Assembly (NCBI GenBank): GCA_965262715.1
Contig: OZ253553.1
Coordinates: 1,792,001-1,856,000, forward strand
From: Bdellovibrionales bacterium
GTDB taxonomy: Bacteria; Bdellovibrionota; Bdellovibrionia; Bdellovibrionales; JAUICD01
Reading direction: 5' to 3'
Length of the DNA: 64,000 bases
Part shown: positions 9,766 through 19,700 of the stretch, in pieces
How positions within the stretch are numbered: the stretch's first letter is position 1
Layout: each line of letters begins with the position of its first letter
Position numbers and translations under genes: made by a program
Notes under the pieces: model-generated
Database searches by the model: none
Told to the model about the DNA's origin: nothing
The model's input: only the letters and a program-made list of their open reading frames with translations

Positions 9766-11277
9766 ATGACAAAGAAGCAAAAACCCTTACAAATTGAAGT
9801 TTCCAACTTTGGCCCTATAACTAAAGGTAAGGTTTGTACTAAGCCTTTAACAATATTTACAGGCCCCAGCAATACAGGCAAAACCTATTTAGCTAAACTG
9901 CTATATTCTGCCTTAAAGACTTCTGGAGATCATATTGATCCTTCAAATATTTCTAGAGGTGACAAGGACCCTTCAAATTTGCCTATAGAAGACATACTTT
10001 TGTTTAAGGGTTCTTTTATAAAACAGAATAAATTTGAAAAGTATTTAATAACAAATAATATTGATGATCTTTCTAAAGATCAAAGTCTTTTTGAAAAAAT
10101 TTTAAAAGAGTGTTTCGATCGTGAACAAGTTAAGGACTTCTTGATTAAATATTTTCTTCTATACACTCGAAGATTGAATAAGAAAATCCTTGGATATCTA
10201 AATACTCTCTATAAGCTCGTTAAAATTGGTCAATCGAATTTAAGTATTACTTTAAATGATATGATGTGTTTTGTTCAAAAAGATGATTTCCAACAAATTT
10301 GTTTAAAAGTAACAAAAAAGCCATTTGAAAACTTTATCGAAATGTGCACTGAAGAAGTTTGTAATTGCATTTGTGCTGATCTCTTTCCAAAAATATCTAA
10401 TGACCAAGATTTAGATAAGGAAGTTTTTTTAAAAAAAATTAACCAAAATATCTCTGATTTTTGTTGTGATTATGGAAAATCCTATTTACCTGCTGATTTT
10501 AATATATATTATCTTCCAGCAGCGCGTACAGGTCTTATAAAAACCCATAGATTGATTGCAGCAAGTGCGATAAAAAGGTTAGCTGGTACGCATAAGGCTT
10601 CTAAATTAATTAATGGTGAAGATGTAGATCTTTTAGAACATTTAATTACTATTGATACGGATAAAGGAACACTTGAAGGAGTATTAGAAATTGTTGATAA
10701 CATTGAAGCACATATTTTAAAAGGAAAAGTAGAGGTTGTCTTTGATGAAACAAATTATCCTGATTTTATTTTTAAGCAAGATAATCGTTCATTTAATATG
10801 CAAGAAGTATCCTCTATGGTAACAGAACTTGCTCCTATTGTACTTTTTTTAAAATATGGTTCTTCGGTGAAATCAGGTGATACTCTTATTATTGATGAAC
10901 CAGAAGCTCATTTACATCCAAAAGCTCAAAAGGATATGGCTGGGATCCTTGTTGCTCTTGTTAAAGCTGGAGTCAATGTCATTATCACCACTCACAGTGA
11001 AACCTTATTGCAAGAAATAAGTAATTATCGCATGGAAAATGTTCCAGAAGAAAAAAGAAAAGAAATTATAGGTAATACACTTAATTTAAGTGAAGATGAA
11101 TTGGCTGTTTATAGTTTTAAAAGAAATGGCAAAGATGTGATTATTGAAGATGTTCCCTTCGACAAAGAAGATGGTATTTCTATCAAAGATCACAATGAAG
11201 TGAGTACTAAGCTTTACGATCAAACGACAGATATATATGATGAAAGTCATAAAGATGAATCAAAATCATCCGCCTAA
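9766..11277 (+). CDS. ABC-type AAA ATPase (AAA_15/AAA_21-like), probable defence ATPase
   Basis: SNFGPI, Walker A GPSNTGKT, SSMVTELAP signature, IIDEPEAHLHP, TTHS. Confidence 0.85.
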   Translation: MTKKQKPLQIEVSNFGPITKGKVCTKPLTIFTGPSNTGKTYLAKLLYSALKTSGDHIDPSNISRGDKDPSNLPIEDILLFKGSFIKQNKFEKYLITNNIDDLSKDQSLFEKILKECFDREQVKDFLIKYFLLYTRRLNKKILGYLNTLYKLVKIGQSNLSITLNDMMCFVQKDDFQQICLKVTKKPFENFIEMCTEEVCNCICADLFPKISNDQDLDKEVFLKKINQNISDFCCDYGKSYLPADFNIYYLPAARTGLIKTHRLIAASAIKRLAGTHKASKLINGEDVDLLEHLITIDTDKGTLEGVLEIVDNIEAHILKGKVEVVFDETNYPDFIFKQDNRSFNMQEVSSMVTELAPIVLFLKYGSSVKSGDTLIIDEPEAHLHPKAQKDMAGILVALVKAGVNVIITTHSETLLQEISNYRMENVPEEKRKEIIGNTLNLSEDELAVYSFKRNGKDVIIEDVPFDKEDGISIKDHNEVSTKLYDQTTDIYDESHKDESKSSA

Positions 11278-11740
11278 AGTAACTATACAAGAACACTTAA
11301 AAAATCTTGGCGTTGTTATGCAATTACCACAAACCCTCACACAAGACGGGTGTAAAGTTAATTTAGAAGGCTTTAAACACGATCAAAATAGTTTTGTTGT
11401 AGATGTCGATAAAGAAATAGAGAAAAAAAACTCAGAAGTTGAGTGTAAAGGGAAGAGATGTGATTTAGTTTTATGTGCTAATAATAAGGACTGTGTTCTT
11501 ATAGAAGTTAAAAGGGGACAGGCACGGAACAGTGCAAGAGAACAACTTTTAAATACACGTGAATGGTTTAAAAAGCAGAAAAATATTTCTCCTAAAATGA
11601 CATATTACCTTGTACTTATTGCTGAAAGCATAACCCCATATCAACTCAGAAGTAAGAGATTTCAAAAAGCAGGCATTTTACATATAAAACATGGAAAAGA
11701 TATATTTAAGTATTTAAAAGATAGACTAAAAAATAACTAG
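11237..11740 (+). CDS. Small basic protein with PD-(D/E)XK-like nuclease motif, partner of the AAA ATPase
   Basis: KRCDLVL...VLIEVKRG; overlaps the ATPase 3' end. Confidence 0.55.
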   Translation: MMKVIKMNQNHPPKVTIQEHLKNLGVVMQLPQTLTQDGCKVNLEGFKHDQNSFVVDVDKEIEKKNSEVECKGKRCDLVLCANNKDCVLIEVKRGQARNSAREQLLNTREWFKKQKNISPKMTYYLVLIAESITPYQLRSKRFQKAGILHIKHGKDIFKYLKDRLKNN

Positions 11741-11989
11741 AAGTAGTTTGATAAAATAGGTTTTGCAATATAGAGATAGAGTTATGACAGGTTTCTGGAG
11801 TAGGTCTAGGCCAGTGCCTCAAGAGACAAAGTATATATAAGGTACTTGATACTATAACAAAATCTTAAAATAACAGAAATACAAGGCACGGGGGTTGCCT
11901 AAGACCTATGGAAGAAGCCTGTCATAACTCTAGATATTAGGATACTTTCTTTTATCATGACATTGGATAACTTGCTGATGTAGTACTAG
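11738..11989 (-). mobile_element. Chimeric MITE with family-A core (11777-11932)
   Basis: Left end tagaagtagtttga resembles the 3932-4199 shell; right end taacttgctgatgtagtactag resembles the 4196-4541 shell. Confidence 0.65.
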
Positions 11990-12029
11990 AGATAACCTCA
12001 AAGATAAGTTTTGTATTTTAAAACATATC

Positions 12030-12150
12030 TATTTAAAGGGTCTGGCAGTCGGGCAGGCTGGTAAACTGTAACTGGTAAATTAAAGATGCCAGATATTTTG
12101 ATTCCGGATACAGTATGCCAGACTGCCGGATTGCCAGATCCCGGAAAAAA
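12030..12150 (+). repeat. Family-C GC-rich repeat, second copy
   Basis: tctggcagtcgggcag ... tgccagactgccggattgccagatcccggaaaa; similar to 9464-9545. Confidence 0.6.
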
Positions 12151-12243
12151 AGAACATTTAAGTAATTATAAACTTTTATTTTTGAACCCATTTCTTTAAG
12201 ATTTACCTTGCTTAAAATCCATAAATAATTTAGATAGTAATAG

Positions 12244-13764
12244 GTGATGGAAATGGAAAAAGCAAGACATAAAATATTTGTCCGTTATAGCTCAGAAATG
12301 TCTCTTAAGGGTAATAAGGCTAAAAATGATCTTATTAAAGTTTTAAGCAAAAATATTTTAAAACAAGCAAAAACTTATGATCCAAATATACAAATTATCA
12401 AAAGATTTAATTATTTAGAAATACAAACTCTTTATCATGAAAAAGTGATTTCTATCCTTAAAAGAACTTTTGGTATTGGTAGTATTTCTCATATACTAGC
12501 AGAAACTACAGAAGATTTAGATGGCATTATCTCACTTGGGAGAGCTGTTTTTAAAGATGTTGTAAAAGATAAAACTTTTGCTGTTATTATGAAAAGAGCA
12601 GGGTCTAAAAACTTTAGTTCTCAATCACTAAGGGAAAAATTAGGAGCCGCACTTTTGCCTTATTCTAAAGGTGTTGATTTAAAAAAGCCTCAACAAGAAG
12701 TAAGAATCGATTGGATCAATGGCACATCTTATTTTAGCCTCAATAGAATAAAAGGACAGGGAGGTTTCGCAAGCGGTTCTCAAGGAACAGTTGTCGTGCT
12801 TATATCTGGAGGTTTTGACTCATGTGTTGCTGCTTGGATGCTTATGAAAAGAGGGGTTTTATGCCATCTTGTTTTTTGCAATCTAGCTGGAAAAGCCTAT
12901 CAACGCCTTGTATTACAGATAAGTAAGTTATTAATAGATCAATGGGGAGGAGGAGGAAGGGAACAAAAGTTCATTGCAGTTGATTTTAATAAAATCTTAG
13001 AAGATATGATTAAAAATGTAAAAGATAATTATAGGCAAATTATTTTAAAGAGAAAAATGTTTAAAGTGGCTGAATATTTTGCTAATAGCTTCAAAGCAGA
13101 TGCTATTGTAACAGGAGAGGCTCTTGCTCAAGTGAGTTCTCAGACTCTTAAGAACTTAAGAGTTATAGAAAGCGCAACATCACTTCCTGTTTTAAGGCCA
13201 TTAATTGGTATGAACAAGCAAGAGATTATTGATCTTTCTTATAAGATTGGTACAGGATTTCTCTCTGAGCATGTAAAAGAAAGATGTAATATCACAAATA
13301 CGTTTCCAGTACTTGCAGCAAATCTTAAAGAGACTCAAGGTGAAGAAGATAAAACAAATCTCAATATTTTTCATGAAAGTTTAAAGTTTAGCAAGATGTT
13401 TGATTTAAATAAAATAGAACTTAAAAAAGTTAGAGAAGATTCTTTATTTAAAGTTGAGGTTACAGAGAATGATCATATTATTGACTGTCAACCAGAGCAT
13501 TTTTATAAAGTTCATCATTTTATAGGAGCTTCACATATTGAGTTTGATAAAATCCAAACACAATTTAAATCTTTAGATCCTAAAAAATCTTATTTAATCT
13601 ACTGTACTTACGGAACTCAATCTGCAATGGCAGCTGAATACTTGCAACAGATGGGACTGGAGGCCTACGCTTTTTTAGGTGGTATAAATAGCTTAAAAAA
13701 AAGCTATCCTGACAAAATGACAAGTCTTCACGAAAGGAAAAAAAGCCACTTATATGTCAAGTAG
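12244..13764 (+). CDS. thiI: tRNA 4-thiouridine(8) synthase with C-terminal rhodanese domain
   Basis: THUMP-like N-terminus, PP-loop SGGFDS, TGEALAQVSSQT, LRPLIG, rhodanese YCTYGTQS. Confidence 0.9.
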   Translation: MMEMEKARHKIFVRYSSEMSLKGNKAKNDLIKVLSKNILKQAKTYDPNIQIIKRFNYLEIQTLYHEKVISILKRTFGIGSISHILAETTEDLDGIISLGRAVFKDVVKDKTFAVIMKRAGSKNFSSQSLREKLGAALLPYSKGVDLKKPQQEVRIDWINGTSYFSLNRIKGQGGFASGSQGTVVVLISGGFDSCVAAWMLMKRGVLCHLVFCNLAGKAYQRLVLQISKLLIDQWGGGGREQKFIAVDFNKILEDMIKNVKDNYRQIILKRKMFKVAEYFANSFKADAIVTGEALAQVSSQTLKNLRVIESATSLPVLRPLIGMNKQEIIDLSYKIGTGFLSEHVKERCNITNTFPVLAANLKETQGEEDKTNLNIFHESLKFSKMFDLNKIELKKVREDSLFKVEVTENDHIIDCQPEHFYKVHHFIGASHIEFDKIQTQFKSLDPKKSYLIYCTYGTQSAMAAEYLQQMGLEAYAFLGGINSLKKSYPDKMTSLHERKKSHLYVK

Positions 13765-14270
13765 AAGCAGTTTCAAAAATACTAGAAGCCATCTCAAAAA
13801 TAAAGTTTTATATTACCCGTTGAGAAATAAAAGCATTTCCCTTAACATTGCTTAAAAAAATGAGAGATATCTACCCTACTCAAAATAAACAGATTTTTGA
13901 GGCGGTTAGCATCCCCTTGAAGGGGACACATCCCGTAGCGTAAGCCTTCAGGCTAACTGATAAACAACAACAATTTCCCTAACATGGTGTAAGAGAATGA
14001 GGAAACTCTTTCTACTAAAATACATCTTTCTTTCTAGGCGATAACCATTTTCTGATGGAGCCTCAGGGTTATCGCCAGAAAGTGGCCAGGGACTTGCATC
14101 GAGAGGCCAGATGCATTTTAGTGAACAGAGGTTGGTTTATTTTGAGTGAAATAAATTAAACACAAAACATAACATATAACTAAAGATGGCTTCTTACCTG
14201 AGTCTACTCCAGACGCCTGTTATAACTCTATTTCAGTATTGTAAAGTGCAAAGCTTATTTTTGAGACCAC
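13762..14270 (+). mobile_element. Nested repeat complex: GTCTCAAAAATA-type shell containing family-B2 (13836-14151), nested B1 (13974-14125) and 3' half of a family-A core (~14190-14230)
   Basis: tagaagcagtttcaaaaata and tagaagccatctcaaaaata at left, tatttttgagaccac at right; actcaaaataaac pairs with gtttattttgagt around the B1 copy. Confidence 0.65.
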
Positions 14271-14301
14271 GTAACTTCAAATTACTTTGAAGTATTTTTA
14301 T

Positions 14302-16014
14302 TTATTCTCTAAAAATAACGAAAATTTGATTTTGCTCTACACGAGCTTTATTTATGTCACTCTCTGAGAGAACATAATCCTGATATCCTTTAGCTTTTAA
14401 GACGATAAATTGACCTTCATGAAATCTTATTTGTTTAGGTGTTCTTTGATAGTCCCATACTCCATCTATAAAAATCTTAGCTCTACTTGGATGGCTAGAA
14501 ATAAAGATGCTCATGTAAGTGGGGGTTGCTTTTTCTGATGTAAGTGTTTTGTCCTTTTCATCTTTCCCATCTATGAGTTTTGTAATTTGTTTTTTTGTGC
14601 TTTGAAATAAAGTGCTTATTTTTTTAGTCAATTTATTTGTATCTTCTGGATATTTTGTCTTGAGATGAAGAGTAAAAATAACACCAATGGAGAACATTAA
14701 AAGCATGCCAAGTTTCATGCAGATAGAGCTAGTTATTTTTTTTGGAGAAAATAGGTTGTTAGGTTTTTTTACATGCTGATATTTTTGAGGACTCTTTTTT
14801 CTTTGTTGTATGAATTTATTAGGTGTTATTGCTTTTACTTGATTAGTTATAGTATGCATAGGAACTTGAGCGACAGCCTTAGATGCTACTTTAGAACTAG
14901 AGAACTTGCCTGATGATAATGACTGTGCTACATTTCCTTCTTGAGTAAGAGTGATTGTTTTTGTTTTTTCATCAAACTCTATACCTTTTTTTTCTAATTT
15001 CTCTAGTGAAGATTTTATAACTTTATTGATATCATCAAACTCTTTCTTATAAAAATTTTGAATCTTGTAACCAAGATGAATAGGATTGAAATTTGGATAT
15101 TTGGCATTGAGAAGACTAGATAACTCTTGATGAAAGTCGTTTGCTGTCATTTTCCTAAGGTTTCTATCGCGAATCAGAGCCCTACTCACAATTTTTTCTA
15201 TATCTGCGAGATATGGGGTTTCAGGACTTATGCTTTTTAATCTAGGAATATGAGCTTCTTTGACTTTTTTTAAAATTTTGGCTTGAGTGTTTGCATAAAA
15301 AAGACGTTGTTTGGAGAGTAGTTCCCAAAGAATAATACCTAAAGAAAAAATATCTGTTTTTTGGTTTATCTCCAACCCATCAGCTTGTTCTGGGCTCATA
15401 TAACTAAACTTGCCTTGAAGTTTCTTAGCTCGCATTTGAGCCATTTGAGTTGGGTCATTACGTTTAGATATACCAAAATCAATGAGCTTTACTTCTCCTT
15501 CGATACTCACCATGGCATTTTGGGGACTGATGTCACCATGTACTAGATAAAGCTTTTCTCCTGTTTTAGGATGAACAAACCTATGCGCATAATCTAAACT
15601 GGCAGCAAGTTCTTTAATGATATAGATTTTTTCTTCAAAAGCAAGATCTGCTTGGGCTGTATAAAGGTCCTTTAAAATCTGTCTAAGGTTTTTTCCTCTA
15701 ATGAACTCTAATTCTAAGACTAATTTTTGTTTTTTTTCTCCTTTTATCATCTCGTCAACGGTATTATAACCAATAACAGATGCGATATTTTTATGTGACA
15801 TATTCATCACTATGTCTGTCTCTTCCTCAAACATCTTGATGAACTCTAAACTTGAGGAAAAAGAGGAGATCATTGTTTTGATAGCCATTAATTTAGAGGC
15901 TTTTGGTTGACCTTTAGTTGTTTTAGGTCTCTTAACGGCTAAATGAACCTCGGCCATGCCTCCTTTACCGAGTTCATGAATTAAAATATATTCTTTACCA
16001 AGCTTTTTTTCCAT
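14302..16014 (-). CDS. Hanks-type Ser/Thr protein kinase with TM helix and C-terminal PEGA-like domain
   Basis: GKGGMAEV, AIK, HGDISPQN, DFG, YMSPEQ, DIFSLG; TM near residue 435-450; SHPSRAKIFIDG. Confidence 0.9.
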   Translation of the reverse strand: MEKKLGKEYILIHELGKGGMAEVHLAVKRPKTTKGQPKASKLMAIKTMISSFSSSLEFIKMFEEETDIVMNMSHKNIASVIGYNTVDEMIKGEKKQKLVLELEFIRGKNLRQILKDLYTAQADLAFEEKIYIIKELAASLDYAHRFVHPKTGEKLYLVHGDISPQNAMVSIEGEVKLIDFGISKRNDPTQMAQMRAKKLQGKFSYMSPEQADGLEINQKTDIFSLGIILWELLSKQRLFYANTQAKILKKVKEAHIPRLKSISPETPYLADIEKIVSRALIRDRNLRKMTANDFHQELSSLLNAKYPNFNPIHLGYKIQNFYKKEFDDINKVIKSSLEKLEKKGIEFDEKTKTITLTQEGNVAQSLSSGKFSSSKVASKAVAQVPMHTITNQVKAITPNKFIQQRKKSPQKYQHVKKPNNLFSPKKITSSICMKLGMLLMFSIGVIFTLHLKTKYPEDTNKLTKKISTLFQSTKKQITKLIDGKDEKDKTLTSEKATPTYMSIFISSHPSRAKIFIDGVWDYQRTPKQIRFHEGQFIVLKAKGYQDYVLSESDINKARVEQNQIFVIFRE

Positions 16015-16168
16015 ATGAAAAACCCATAATTTACCATAATCTATATCGGATTATGGCATTTAGTTCTTAACTTAAGTGGGGTCTAGTTATAGCTTAAAAG
16101 GGCTATTATCATCAAAAAGGTAATGGTTATAAAATGAAACAGTATAGAAGATTTTCGATTTTAGGTAC

Positions 16169-16196
16169 TTGACAGGTGCTTTAGAAATGATATGGT
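16169..16196 (+). promoter_or_regulatory. Sigma70-type promoter for the 5S rRNA gene
   Basis: TTGACA (16169-74), 16-nt spacer, TG-n-TATGGT (16191-96), about 6 nt upstream of the 5S 5' end. Confidence 0.6.
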
Positions 16197-16201
16197 GTAT
16201 T

Positions 16202-16319
16202 TACTGGTTTTTATAGCGGTGGGGGTACACCTGATCCCTTTTCGAACTCAGAAGTTAAGTCCGCCAGCGGCCATGGTACTACAGTGATCTCACTGCGGGA
16301 GAGTAGCACGATGCCAGTA
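16202..16319 (+). rRNA. rrf: 5S ribosomal RNA (stand-alone)
   Basis: Helix I tactggt/gccagta; conserved acacctgatccc..tcgaactcagaagttaag, atggtact, gggagagtag. Confidence 0.93.
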
Positions 16320-17276
16320 TTTTTTCTTTTTATAGTACATATCTTGCAGAAGTAAACCTTTAAGCTGATTAATAGACAACAACAATTTCCCTAACATAAT
16401 GTAAAAAGACGAGGATATCCTTCTAGTAAAAATGCCTCAGGCTTTCTAGGCATTGCCCTATTTGCCAAACGGCGTGAGCCAGTTTGGGGGCAATGCCAGA
16501 AAGTTGCCAGAGGCAAGAGGCATTTTTAGTGAAACAGAGTAGCACGATGCCAGTATTTTTTCTTTTTATAGTACATATCTTGCAGAAGTAAACCTTTAAG
16601 CTGATTAATAGACAACAACAATTTCCCTAACATAATGTAAAAAGACGAGGATATCCTTCTAGTAAAAATGCCTCAGGCTTTCTAGGCATTGCCCTATTTG
16701 CCAAACGGCGTGAGCCAGTTTGGGGGCAATGCCAGAAAGTTGCCAGAGGCAAGAGGCATTTTTAGTGAAACAGAGTAGCACGATGCCAGTATTTTTTCTT
16801 TTTATAGTACATATCTTGCAGAAGTAAACCTTTAAGCTGATTAATAGACAACAACAATTTCCCTAACATAATGTAAAAAGACGAGGATATCCTTCTAGTA
16901 AAAATGCCTCAGGCTTTCTAGGCATTGCCCTATTTGCCAAACGGCGTGAGCCAGTTTGGGGGCAATGCCAGAAAGTTGCCAGAGGCAAGAGGCATTTTTA
17001 GTGAAACAGAGTAGCACGATGCCAGTATTTTTTCTTTTTATAGTACATATCTTGCAGAAGTAAACCTTTAAGCTGATTAATAGACAACAACAATTTCCCT
17101 AACATAATGTAAAAAGACGAGGATATCCTTCTAGTAAAAATGCCTCAGGCTTTCTAGGCATTGCCCTATTTGCCAAACGGCGTGAGCCAGTTTGGGGGCA
17201 ATGCCAGAAAGTTGCCAGAGGCAAGAGGCATTTTTAGTGAAACAGAGTAGCACGATGCCAGTATTTTTCTTTTTAT
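16300..17276 (+). repeat. Tandem array of four identical 236-bp units plus a partial fifth
   Basis: agagtagcacgatgccagt recurs at 16300, 16536, 16772, 17008, 17244; each unit has the 5S 3' end, a T-tract and a family-B1 element. Confidence 0.92.
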
Positions 17277-17298
17277 TAAGATATTCAATAAATATAAT

Positions 17299-17513
17299 GG
17301 CATTGTTGCATATTGGTGATATATAAAGTCTAGAAAATTATGGTAGGCATCTTCACTAGCAGCAGGCAACCCCCGTGCCCTGTATTGCTGTTATTTTGTG
17401 GTTTTATTATGGTATAAAAACTTTATACAAATTTTTATCTCCTGAGGCACTGGCCTGAGCTAGATCAGATGCCTACCATAATTTTCTATACATATTTTTT
17501 ATGCAACAAGTCC
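17299..17513 (+). mobile_element. IS903-type MITE with family-A core (17331-17488)
   Basis: ggcattgttgcata / tatgcaacaagtcc ends; perfect 22-bp stem tagaaaattatggtaggcatct/agatgcctaccataattttcta. Confidence 0.8.
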
Positions 17514-17653
17514 ATAAATAATGGATAATTTTATATAAAAAATATCTGTATTTTTATGCCTATTCTTTGTTGAATATGATAGAAAAATCATATAATCATA
17601 TATTTATAATAAAAATAAGTCAGACACACTAAGTAAAAAATAAAGTTATTATT

Positions 17654-18226
17654 ATGATTAAATCCATTAAATTTCAGAATTTTACATCACTTTATCATGA
17701 AGGTGAGGTCAATTTTGTAGTTGATGATGATGCTCCAGATATAAACGATTTTAAAAAGTGTGGTTCTCACCGGCTCTCAAAAGTATCAGTTATTTTAGGA
17801 GCCAATGGTTCAGGTAAAAGTAATGTGCTTTATGCGATTGCTTTTTTAAGAAGATTTATAGCGCATTCGTTTTCAGAAGCTTCAGAAGGGATAAATATAC
17901 CTCCACATGCAGCGCAAACAGATAAGCCCTCTTATTTCGAAGTGGAATTTTATATTGAAAAGCAGTTATATAAATTTTCTTTAAGACTTAATCAAGAAAG
18001 AGTGCTTTTAGAGACTTTACAATGTCTCAGTCAAGATACAAAGATGTTGTATTCAAGAGAATATGATTCTTCGAAAGGTTCTTATGCATTTGATGGTAAG
18101 AATTTAGAGGTAGAAAGTGATTTTATAAGTAGAGTGCGACCTAATGCTTCTGTTGTATCTACAGGATCACAATATAATTATAATAAATTCATTCAAATTA
18201 AAAGTTATTGGATATGCTTTTATTGA
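17654..18226 (+). pseudogene. 3'-truncated copy of the RloA-like AAA ATPase
   Basis: Close paralog of 19701-20861 up to QIKSYW, then cut at a duplication junction; lacks Walker B. Confidence 0.85.
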
Positions 18227-19211
18227 TATGATCAAATTCTTTCTTATAAAAGTTTTGAATTTTATAGCCAAGATGAATGGGATTAAAACTTGGGTATTTT
18301 GCGTTGAGAAGACTAGATAACTCTTGATGAAAGTCGTTTGCTGTCATTTTCCTAAGGTTTCTATCGCGAATCAGAGCCCTACTCACAATTTTTTCTATAT
18401 CTGCGAGATATGGGGTTTCAGGACTTATGCTTTTTAATCTAGGAATATGAGCTTCTTTGACTTTTTTTAAAATTTTGGCTTGAGTGTTTGCATAAAAAAG
18501 ACGTTGTTTGGAGAGTAGTTCCCAAAGAATAATACCTAAAGAAAAAATATCTGTTTTTTGGTTTATCTCCAACCCATCAGCTTGTTCTGGGCTCATGTAG
18601 CTAAACTTACCTTGAAGCTTCTTAGCTCTCATTTGGGCCATTTGAGCTGGATCATTCCGTTTAGATATACCAAAATCAATGAGCTTTACTTCTCCTTCGA
18701 TACTCACCATGGCATTTTGGGGACTGATGTCACCATGTACTAGATAAAGCTTTTCTCCTGTTTTAGGATGAACAAACCTATGCGCATAATCTAAACTGGC
18801 AGCAAGTTCTTTAATGATATAGATTTTTTCTTCAAAAGCAAGATCTGCTTGGGCTGTATAAAGGTCCTTTAAAATCTGTCTAAGGTTTTTTCCTCTAATG
18901 AACTCTAATTCTAAGACTAATTTTTGTTTTTTTTCTCCTTTTATCATCTCGTCAACGGTATTATGACCAATAACAGATGCGATATTTTTGTGTGACATAT
19001 TCATCACTATATTTGTTTCTTCTTCAAACATTCTAACAAACTCTAGACTTGAAGAAAAAGAAGGAATCATAGTTTTGACAGCTAGTAGCTTAGAGGTTTT
19101 TGGCTGGCCTTTAGCTGCTTTGGGTTTCTTTACAGCCAGATAGACTTCGGCCATTCCTTCTTTACCGAGTTCATGGATTAAAATATATTCTTTACCAAGC
19201 TTTTTTTCCAT
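18198..19211 (-). pseudogene. 3'-truncated copy of the Ser/Thr kinase (kinase domain only)
   Basis: Near-identical to the first ~330 aa of 14302-16014; Gly-loop GKGG changed to GKEG; no TM or C-terminal domain. Confidence 0.8.
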
Positions 19212-19351
19212 ATAAAAAATCCATAGTCTACCATGATTTATATCGGATTATGGCATTTAGTTCTTAACTTAAGTAAGGTCTATTTTGTGTGAGCCAAAGT
19301 AGCACGATGCCAGTGTTTTTTCTTTTTATTAAGATATTCAATAAATATAAT

Positions 19352-19565
19352 GGCATTGTTGCATATTGGTGATATATAAAGTCTAGAAAATTATGGTAGG
19401 CATCTTCACTAGCAGCAGGCAACCCCGTGCCCTGTATTGCTGTTATTTTGTGGTTTTATTATGGTATAAAAACTTTATACAAATTTTTATCTCCTGAGGC
19501 ACTGGCCTGAGCTAGATCAGATGCCTGCCATAATTTTCTATACATATTTTTTATGCAACAAGTCC
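19352..19565 (+). mobile_element. IS903-type MITE with family-A core (duplicate of 17299-17513), preceded by a 5S 3'-end remnant (~19298-19315)
   Basis: Nearly identical to 17299-17513; agtagcacgatgccagt upstream. Confidence 0.8.
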
Positions 19566-19700
19566 ATAAATAATGGATAATTTTATATAAAAAATATCTG
19601 TATTTTTATGCCTATTTTTTGTTGAATATGATAGAAAAATCATATATTTATAAATAACAATGAGCTGAAATGTACCTAAATAAGGATTACAGTTATTATT

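Noticed and set aside
16300..17276. CRISPR array
   Set aside because: Units are 236 bp and identical with no variable spacers; no cas genes in the window
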